A stretch of 64,000 nucleotides of DNA. Origin: Oikopleura dioica (Eukaryota; Animalia; Chordata). This document shows, one piece after another, positions 37,493 through 47,700 of this stretch (position 1 is its first letter; each line of letters opens with the position of its first letter). A program made the translations under genes and the position numbers. The notes below the pieces were generated by a model. That model searched no databases. It was not told the DNA's origin and was given only the letters and a program-made list of their open reading frames with translations. Location of the stretch: positions 15,314,001-15,378,000 of the forward strand of contig OU015567.1 in assembly GCA_907165135.1 (NCBI GenBank). Direction: 5' to 3'.

Positions 37493-38972
37493 CTAGTTTT
37501 TCTTCATGCCTTTGCCGTACCAGCCGGGCGTGTAATGCTCTTTGAAATTGGTCTTGAAGTTGTTGCTTTCGACTGAAATCAAGGATGAGAATGGAGAACA
37601 ACCATTATTTGAAATCAGCTACCTGGAAATTTAGCGTTGTTTTCTACCATATTGAGAAAGGGAGTCGAAGGTTTGGGATCGTTTTCGTTCAGGGCAGTGG
37701 CAAGAGAGATGAGCGGGTCCTCACTTTCCGAATACGGCGAGATCGGAATGTCGAAGGCCTTGGCCACTTCGCAGAGAATTTGGTCGCTCTGACCTCGAAT
37801 CAGCAAGTCCGCTTTCTTGTCCTTCGGCGTCCACTGCAAGTTGATAATCACCAGCTTGCATTTCTTCGGCCAGAGCACTTTGTAAGCTTTCAGGACTTTG
37901 AGACTTGTTCCGATGCAGACAATCAGATCCGTTTGAGCTAAGAGATGGTTGAGACTGAAAATTGAAATTTTGAAATACCAGCGTGAGTTTCGGCAGTTTC
38001 CCAACGATAGGGAACATCAAATCGGTTCATTTCGCCAAAATGCACAATCGCATCGTACAATTCTTCGTCGCAGTCTTCATTTGGGCACATTCGTCCGGTT
38101 TTATGGCGCTTTACATTCGTCTTTTCTGTCACATCGAATGTTCTTTGGTATTTTAGGAAAAGGGACGGAAGATAACTTCAAATTACCGATAAAAGAAGTG
38201 GCCTTCATCGCAGTTTTCCATGAACATATTTCCATGAATTTCTGAAAGTTGTTCGGGAGAAACACCGCTTCGGAGATGAAGACCATCGCAGTTTTGAGAA
38301 AGGAGAAACTTGAAGATTCCGCTTTTCAGCAATCCGGAAAGCGCTTTCAAAAAGTTTTCGAAAGTCCAAATAATCATTCATTGGATAATTTGAGGATAAA
38401 ACTCTTTCCCATGTGTCCAAGAGTTGGAGTGGCAGTTACCAGATTGCATTGTTTTATGTCTTGCCCTGATGCCAGTGATGACTGAAAATTTAAAAATGAA
38501 GGGATTGACAACAAATTTGAATAAATACTCGAAACTGTTATAAATTCGTACATAAACACCACCAGTCCCGCGATAGTCAGGAATATTCGCCGACGTCGAA
38601 ATCCCTGCTCCAGTGTAAACAATCGGATGCTCAGCATCTCGAATCATTTCGATCAGTTTGGCTACTTTGGGGGCAAGTTCTTCGGCAGTATCGTACATTT
38701 CGGTCAGTCTGGATTGGTTGCACTTTTGTGTTTCCCATTGTCGAGTTAAAATTTTAACCAGTCGGGGGTTTTCGGCAATCAATTGCTCTGAAATCGAAAT
38801 GAGAAAAGGACCTCATTGAAAAATAGAAACCTTGAAACTCGCTTTTGATTTCTGCCTTGAGAGCCGTGGCAAGCTCTTTGCGCTTGCATTTATACTCCGC
38901 TTTGGCATCAGAAATCGCGCCCGAGATTTGCGTGAGAGCACGGGGAGATTTCCTCTTTGAGCCGATCTCCAT
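37493..38972 (-). CDS. SIRT7: NAD-dependent deacetylase sirtuin-7 (class IV)
   Basis: IVYTGAGISTSANIPDYRG; LLSQNCDGLHLRSG; EIHGNMF; VHFGE; KLVIINLQWTPKD; C-terminal GWYGKG, typical of SIRT7. Confidence 0.9.
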
Positions 38973-39111
38973 CGATTTCAACTTTGTTTTACGATTGCAT
39001 TTTTATCTGAAGACGTGGATGTAAAAGAGTTTTGTTTTATTCCGCTTTATTTTATTGAACTTGAAGGAGAATAGTATGGAACTCTGGAACAAAATGGCTT
39101 CAAGACGGTGA

Positions 39112-40204
39112 CTAGTTCTTCGATCGTACTTTTCGATTTTTCTGTGGCTTTTCACGGTTCTCGATAAATAATTCAAAGAAGAAATCCGAGAAGCGCGCAA
39201 GCGGCTTCTCGATTGGGTTGTTACTAATGAGAAAAAGAACCCTTCCTGTGGTGGCCTGAAGTTATTTTCCAAATTTCCGCCATGGAGACATGGAAGAGAA
39301 CGAAGTGCAGTCATCGTTGACGGCGAAAGAAATAGAGGTTGTTTTAGAAGAATCCACATGACGCATTCGAGCAAAGGTGGCGTTGTCAGACTACCTTCGT
39401 AGCAATAAAAGTTTTTGTTTTGAGGAAGAAGTTCGAGAAGTTCCATCGGCTTGGAGATTTGGTACTTTTTGCCGATATCGAAGTTCTTTGGGAAGAATTT
39501 GGTCAGAAACTTTCCAGGGCACAGCGAAGCTATTTCCGATTTCATTACAAGTAAATATCAAGGAGTAAGCATCATTCATGAAATCGTTTTGATACTCTCC
39601 TTCGACGTCATCTCGTTCGTGAATTACAGCACCAACGACTGCCAATCCATCGCCGTTCTTCATCGCTTCTTCTGGCGAGCCGTACTTTTTATTCCAATGA
39701 ACAAAGTGGATTTCTGCATCGCCTGATTCTCCATTGATGAAATGCTCGGCGCCTTGTCCAATTTCAGATCCCTACGGAGAGGTCAATTAGGGGGCAACTT
39801 TGAACTTCTTTCTTACCCAGTGAATATGAAACTGAAGCAACTCATATTCAGAAGACAAATGAGCTCCAGTTAGAGTCGAGCCGGGCTTGAAAGTGACTTG
39901 TACAGAATGCCCATTGCAGAAGATTTCCGAGGCAGTTTCATTCTTCCATTGAAGATTGAGAGCCTTGAGTTTCTTATCAACCTTCACTCGTCCTAATAAA
40001 TTCATTTTGACAAAATTTAACAATAAGGAAAATCATCAAATAGGAGTATTTATAACAGTATTTGGGCGGTCTTTATATAATGGTACGAATTTGTAAGTTA
40101 CCAGTAATTATATCGATTGGGGACTGTCTCTCTCCATTAGCAACAGGGAACTGGGTATCCCACTTTGCTGGAGGACACTCGCTCCTTTCGTATCCCCAAG
40201 ACAT
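39112..40204 (-). CDS. Cytosolic alpha-type carbonic anhydrase
   Basis: MSWGYE...GERQSPIDI; QFHIHW and EIHFVHW (three Zn-binding His present); YEGSLTTPPLLECVMW; NFRPPQ|PQKNRKVRSKN* if a GA-AG intron 39148-39245 is used. Confidence 0.92.
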
Positions 40205-40975
40205 AACTGCTGAAAACAAAACAGTTTTAAAAAAGGGATGAAACTCGTCTAGAAAGAGACTATCTTTTAAATTAAACGCTCCGGGATTCCAATTGAAATC
40301 TGCGTCAGTCTCTTATTTAATCGCAAACGAAGATATTTGAGCTAGTAATTAGTTCTCAAGGGAGTGCTCTCTGAATGTTCGATTGAAGCTTCCGCGAGTT
40401 AGATAAACAAGAAGAAAGAAAACGCTTTCTTTCACGATTTAGAGCACTGGAAGTCAATTACTACAGAGCTTCTAATTTTATCTCTTTGCATATCTCGGGT
40501 AGAATGCTCGTATAAAAATGCCGTGCTCTTTCGACGGAGCGCAAATATTTGGCGAATACTGTAGATATTGGATAACAGTTGCCGCAAGCTACTTACGTAT
40601 ACATATTCAATTTTAAGATGATAATGAGGCGACAGCCGTTCTTAATCCCCTGCTGATCCGTCGCCCACATATTTGTCTTAATAAAAATAAACGATAACGG
40701 GGGAGAAGAAGATTATCAGATTTTTCATTGTACATGTGGTTCTTTTTCCAGTGTTCATTTCTGAATATGGCATAATGGAAATGAAAGCATGAGCTTAGCA
40801 TTCAATAAATAACATTTTTCAATTTTCAATCAGGGTTCTGGGTAGCTAGCAAAATTATTCTTCAACAATTTCATCGCCATATTTATTATATTTCTTGGGT
40901 TTGCTGATGGACGCAAGTTGATCTTGTTCCGGGATAAACAAATATTTTTCAATTGCAAAAGAGATTTTTATTTTA

Positions 40976-41623
40976 TCACGTTTCTGAGGTGGTTGTTTGC
41001 TGTGTTTGTAATTGCAACTGATTCGCTACGGCGTCGGTAATCTGACTTGAAGGGCCACCGGATGGAGGTGGTGGAACTGGGCTAGAATCATCGGGGTATC
41101 CGTATTTTCGTAGAAGCTCAATATTCTCCATCGGCGAAATTGTTCCTTCGATCGTTAGTTTCATGAAGTCAGTTGTGTAGCAAGGAGGAAGAGTGTCGAA
41201 CATTCCCTTCTTATACGCGTCAATCTGGGCTTTTTGGGCGGCTTTTTCAAGGATCAAAAAGTAATTGACTAAGAAAGTTACTTTCTGATTTTCGATCCTA
41301 ACTAATAAAGCAGTCATAGAGCCACCAATCCAGCCCATTGGGACGGAGAAAACAAATTTCACGAATCCCTTATTCCGGAGCAAGAAAAAAGCCGGTCCTC
41401 CAAGCATCAAAGCTCCAGCTCCAGCGGCAGCTGCAAGGGTTGGTGTTCCTGGAACGGCCGCAGCAATCTTCTCCCTAGCGATCAAATCATCAGAAGTAGG
41501 CCTCCAAGCATACGCCTTCAAGTGGGTTCTGCACAAGATTCACAAAAATGCGAAATTGAAAGTCTGTCAGTTCCCTAGCTTTCCATCAATATTCATGCGA
41601 ATAATATCATCTCCGACACTCAT
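40976..41623 (-). CDS. Small membrane protein, weakly OCIA-domain-like
   Basis: ORF 40976-41536 plus a short first exon (probable GC-AG intron); WRPTSDD...two hydrophobic segments...KFVFSVPMGWIGG recalls OCIAD proteins. Confidence 0.45.
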
Positions 41624-41796
41624 TATTTGCTAAAATGGGGAAAGAATTTTATTCAGAAAATCTCATTTTGGATACTTATGAAGAAATTGAAATGAAGAAC
41701 TTTGCAGGATATAAATTGCAATATCACTATAAGAACATGGAAATGACAGTGTATGCTGAAAAATCATCGCTTAGATAAGAAACGCTTGCTAATAAG

Positions 41797-44700
41797 TTAT
41801 TGCACAGGTAAATTTGGGCACTCTTCGTCCCCAGTAATTGGAGAAAGAGATTCACTTTGACTGTGAATTGCGGAGCTAGAGTCAAGGAGAGCTTGAGAAT
41901 TGCGTTTCTTCAGTTTTCCATCTGCTCCGCAAGATAACAGATGTTCCCCACAGAATGCCAAGCCCATCACTCCAGCAGTTGGGTTTTTGAAGACTTGAAA
42001 TATTTTTAATGATTGTTCATCATCCGATTTTACCGGAAGATCTGGGATGCTCAAGCATAAGGACTGAAACGAGCGACTGTTGAGCGAGAGAGCAGATTCT
42101 GATTGAACCATCGGTCGATCCAACCGCGAGGATTTCTCCATTGCCGCTGATATTCAGACATTTTACCATCCCGGCGAAGTTAATCGAAGAAACAACCAGG
42201 TAGTCCTTGTCGACAAACACGAGCCCTCCTTCTTTTCCGCCAACACAAATCAACTAAACATGCGTTTGGTTATCAGCTCAGAGAGGAAAATGACGGACCT
42301 GGTATTTGAGAGAATAAGTGACAGCTGATGCAGATTCGGAGATTTCTCTGAGTTCGAGTGAGTAAATAGGCTCGAGGTACTGCCTTGTGAGGAGATCCCA
42401 AACGCATAGGGCCGAGTTCGAGAAATTTCTATGCACACCAGCTGAGATAAGAATAGAAGAACCTTCCAGAAAGCAAATTGATAAGACATCACGTCCTATG
42501 TTGAATCGTTGCACTGGAGGAAGCACTGAATTTATCTCCATGAAAAGTTTGAAAAATGAGAGCTTTTACGTTGTTGGGAGAAGAGAATTTGGTCGACGAT
42601 CCAAATTCGCACTGATCCATCTTCAGCAAGAGCAGCTAGTCGCGAATAGGGTGGGTCACTTTTCAAACAATTTTTCTGTACGCTTTGTTTTTTGAGCTTA
42701 TCTGATAGAGCTCGTTGCGCTGATCATTTTGAGCCCTCAAATACCTCCGTACCCTTCCGGGAAAATACTTTTGCAGAATCTGGGAAATCATGAAAATCGA
42801 AAATTTTTGGTCAAATTAGGGTCAATTCCGGTATACTCAGAGCTTTAAAATGTGTATAAGATAAGTTCCTGTCGTTTCCCGGAGTAGATTTGGGTATCAA
42901 ATTGACCAGCTTGACGAGTTCTATCTGATGACGTAATAATATCACATGATATGGGGGTGTGCCCAAAAGTTATTCTAGAAAAACCATTTTTTCGAACATG
43001 AATTTTTCAAAAAAAACCCAAAAAAATTTTTTTTTCCTTATCTATTGAAAAAAGTTTTTTATTCGGGTCAGATCTATCACCTGAAAAAATTAAATCAAGT
43101 TCGGAAGACCAACCATGAAAGTGACCCACCCTAGTCGCGAACCAGATTGACAAAAGGTCAAGCATTTTATTCGAGCTTTTGATTCTTTCGAGGAGAGAAT
43201 TCTTGTCACAGAATTAGCCGCAAATTGAATGACATAGATAGGGCTGCCGCCAAAAAAATCAGGTACCACTTTTTGGGTACCTAGAGCTTTTTTACTCGGC
43301 TATTATGTTCTTTGAGTCAAGAAAAACGATTTCCAGCAAAAAAAATGGGTTCCATATGGATGACTCATCGAAAAATAAGCATTCAAAGTGCTTCCGGAAG
43401 CTAACTTCCGGCGGCCTGAATCTTTTTCAATTCTGATGCCGGAAATGGATTCTACGGGTCCGAAAACCTGTAAATCGAGTCTCAAAAAGTGTCAATCTTC
43501 TACATGAGAGCCAGAATCGACGATTTTTGGTCGATTTTCTTTGTTGTTGTCAGATCAAATTTCTTTTTTTCGTAAAAACGAAGGAAATGCTTATCAGTAG
43601 GCCCAAAATTGGTTTCTAGGTTATCGAGGATGCTGAAAAAGGTAAGATGGGCCATGAACCGCGATAAACCGTCACTGTAACCGGTCGGTTTTTCTAAAAA
43701 TTAATCAAAATATTGGATAAACGTTATTAAATCTTGTTAAAAGCCCGTTGATTATTGACATGAATGATATGGCCACCTTTGGTCAAATTTGGTCGAGCTT
43801 GGCCGGAGGACGACCCGGAGGACCAACCTGGTGGAAGACTAAGTACTGGAAGACCAATATTAAAAAAAAAAAAATCCTTGAAGGGCCAGAAATTTCCATT
43901 TTCGGCCACTTTTGGTCGTTTTTGCCGGAGGAACTCTTGGAGGACCACCCTGGTGGGAGACAAACTGCTGGAAGACGCATATTAAAAACAATATTTAATA
44001 AAATTTGAATCTTTGAAGGCCCAAAAATTGCAATTTTCGGCCACTTTTGGTCTTTTGTGCCGGAGGACCTCAAAGAGGACCACCCTGGTGGAAGAAAAAC
44101 TACTGGAAGCCCAATATAAAAAAAAACATATTTAATAAAATTTTAATCTTTGAAGGGCAAGATAATGCCATTTTCGGCCACTTTTAGCCTTTTTATGCCG
44201 GAGAAACTCGAGGAGGACCAACCTGGTGGAAAACAAACTGCAGAAAGACCAATAACAAAAAAACAATATTTAATAAAATTTAAATCAAAGAAGGGCCAGG
44301 AATTGCCATTTCGGCCACGATCGGCCTTTTTTTTGCCAAAAACCGCCGTAAGACAACCCTGATGAAAATAACTGCTTGAAAAAAAAATTTTTAAAAATAA
44401 AATAAGATCCTTGAAGGGCAAAGAATTCCCCTTTTTTGCCATCTTTGCCCGTTAACTGCCGAAAAACTCCTGGAGGAAGACTAACTATAAGCAAACTGCG
44501 TTCATTCAATTCAGTCTTCATCGGGGCCAAGCCGACCCAAAGGAGAGGCAAGCCCCGTCTATTCAATTCGATCAGGATCGGGGCCAAGCCGACCCGAAGG
44601 GGAGGCCAGCCCCGTTTATTCTATTCAGTCAGGATCGGGGCCAAGCCGACCCGAAGGGGAGGCCAGCCCCGTTTATTCAATTCAGTCTTCATCGGGGCCA

Positions 44701-47700
44701 AGCCGACCCAAAGGGGAGGCCAGCCCCGTCTGTTCAGTTCAGTCAGGATCGGGGCCAAGCCGACCCTAAGGGAAGGCCAGCCCCGTTTATTCAATTCAGT
44801 CAGGATCGAGGCCAAGCCGACCCGAAGGGGAGGCAAGTCTCGTCTATTCAATTCAGTCAGGATCGGGGCCAAGCAGACCCTAAGGGAAGGCCAGCCCCGT
44901 TTATTCAATTCAGTCAGGATCGAGGCCAAGCCGACCCGAAGGGGAGGCCAGCCCCGTCTACTCAATTCAGGCAGGATCGGGGCCAAGCCGACCCGAAGGG
45001 GAGGCCAGCCCCGTCCATTCAATTCAGTCAGGATCGGGGCCAAGCCGACCCGAAGGGAAGGCCAGCCCCGTCTATTCAATTCAGTCAGGATCGGAGCCAA
45101 GCCGACCCGAAGGGAAGGCCAGCCCCAACTGTTCAATTCAGTCAGGATCGGGGCCAAGCCGACCCGAAGGGGAGGCCAGCCCCGTTTATTCGATTCAGTC
45201 AGGATCGGGGCCAAGCCGGCCCGAAGGGGAGGCAAGCCCCGTTTTTTCAATTCAGTCAGGATTGGAGCCAAGCCGACCCGAAGGGGAGGCCAACCCCGTC
45301 TGTTCAGTTCAGTCAGGATCGGGGCCAAGCCGACCCGAAGGGAAGGCCAGCCCCGTTTATTCAATTCAGTCAGGATCGGAGCCAAGCCGACCCGAAGGGG
45401 AGTCCAGCCCCGTCTGTTCAGTTCAGTCAGTATCGGAGCCAAGCCGACCCGAAGGGGAGTCCAGCCCCGTCTGTTCAGTTCAGTCAGGATCGTGGCCAAG
45501 CCGACCCGAAGGGGAGGCCAGCCCCGTTTATTCAATTATGTCTCGGGCAGGGCCAAGCCGACCCGAAGGAGGGCCATTCCCGTCTATTCGATTGAGTCTG
45601 GGGCAGGGTCAAGCCGACCCGAAGGGGAGGCCATTCCCGTCTATTCGATTTAGTCAGGATCGGGTTCAAGCCGACACGAAGGGGATTTTCAAAATTGCTA
45701 TTATATCTAGGTGCGGCTTTATGTTCTCGAGATTTTAAAAGCTTTTAACTCTCGCTCCGGGCGTGAACTGGCTCCAACGTAGGGCGCTCATTCTCTCAAA
45801 GAAACCCCGCGCCTCTTCTTCATAGCGCAGTGAATAACACAAAAACAATTTGTTAATATAACAAGATTTCAAAGAAAAATTTGAAAAATCGGCCGATTAA
45901 AAAAAATTCATATAATATGATAGTAATTATAAATAAATTTATGAAATTCTTTATTCAAAATATTATCTTTCCGCTCATGCAATGCCCAGATTCACCCTAT
46001 TTAGAAGGAAATCAAGCAAATACCTCCGCCCCATTTGACTGTTCGATATCTGAAAACCCTTTATTTGCTATATTTTTCTTTCGGGTCAGCTTCGCGCCGA
46101 TCAAGACAAGATTAAATAAACTTTGCTGGCCTCCACTTCGGGTCGGCTTGGCCTCAATTCAGAAAAAATTGAATAAACGGGGCTGGCCTCCACTTCGGGT
46201 CGGCTTGTCCCCGATCCAGACTGAATTGACAAGACGAGGCTGGCCTCTACTTCGGGTCGGCTTGGCACCATTCCTGACAGAATTAAACAGACAAGGCTGG
46301 CCTCCCCTTCGTGTCGGTTTGGCTCCAATCCTGACTGAATTAAATAAATGGGGCTGTTCTCCCTTCGCGTCGGCTTGGCCCCGCTCAAGACTTAAGTGGA
46401 TAAACGGGGCTGGCCTCCCCTGTGGGTCGGCTTCGCCCTGCTCCAGACTAAATTGAATAGACAGGGCTGACCCCGATTCTGACAGAATTGAACAAACGGG
46501 GCTGGCCTCCCCATCGTGTCGGCTTGGCCCCGATCCTGATTTAATTGAAAAGACGGGGCTGGCCTCCCTTTCGGGTCGGCTGGGCACTGCCCAAGACCTA
46601 ATTGAGAAAACGGGGCTGGCCTCCCATATGGGTCGGCTTGGCCCCGATCCAGACAGAATTAAATAGACGGGGCTGGCCTCCCCTTCGGGTCGGCTTGCCC
46701 CGATCCTGACTGAATCGAATAAATGGGGCTGGCCTTCCCTTCGGATCGGCATGGTCCCGATCAAGACAGACTTGAATAGACGGGGCTAGCCTCCCCTTCT
46801 AGTCGGCTTTGCCCCGATCAAGACAGAATTGAATAGACGGGGCTGACCTCCTTTTCGGGACGGCTTGGCCCCGCTCCAGACTAAATTGGATTAACGGGGC
46901 TGGCCTCTCCTTCGGGTCGGCTTGGCCCCGATCCTGACTTAATCGAATTAATGGGGCTTGTATTCCCTTCGGATCGGCATGGTCCCGATCAAGACAGAAT
47001 TGAATAGACGGGGCTAGCCTCCCCTTCTAGTCGGCTTCGCCCCGATCCTGACTGAATTGAATAGACGAGACTTGCCTCCCCATCGGGTCGGCTTGGCCCC
47101 GCTCCAGACTAAATGTGATAAACGGGGCTGGCCTCCTTTTCGTTTCGGCTTGGCCCAGATCCTGACTTAATTGAATAGACGGGGCTTGCCTCCCCTTCGG
47201 GTCGGCTTTGCCCTGCCCCAGATTATATTTAATAAACGGGGCTGGCCTCCCCTTCGGGTCGGCTTGGCCCCGATCCTGACTGAATTGAATAGCCGGGGCT
47301 GGCCTCCCCTTCGGGTCGGCTTGGCTCCGATGCTGACTGAATTGAATAAACGGGGCTGGCCTCCCCTTCGGGTCGGCTTGGCCCCAATCCAGACAGAATT
47401 GAAAAGACGGGGCTGACCTCCCCTTCGGGTCGGCTTGGCCCCGATCCTGACTGAATTGAATAGACGGGGCTGGCCTTCCCTTCGGGTCGGCTTGGCGCCG
47501 ATCTTGACTGAATTGAATAGACGGGGCTGGCCTTCCCTTCGGGTCGGCTTGGCCCCGATCCTGACTGAATTGAATAGACGAGACTTGCCTCCCCTTCGGG
47601 TCGGCTTGGCCCCGATCCTGACTGAATTGAATAAACGGGACTGGCCTCGTATTCGGGTCGGCTTGGCCCCGATCCTGACTTAATCGAATAAACGGGGCTG

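Noticed and set aside
6637-40565. Recurring CTACAGTAG/TACTGTAG motif (about five copies)
   Set aside because: Enrichment is modest and cannot be distinguished from chance without a background model.
44436-45653. 405-aa and 304-aa ORFs (and similar ORFs at 45881-48028)
   Set aside because: They are in-frame read-throughs of the 57-bp tandem repeat and appear on both strands; no domain is recognisable.
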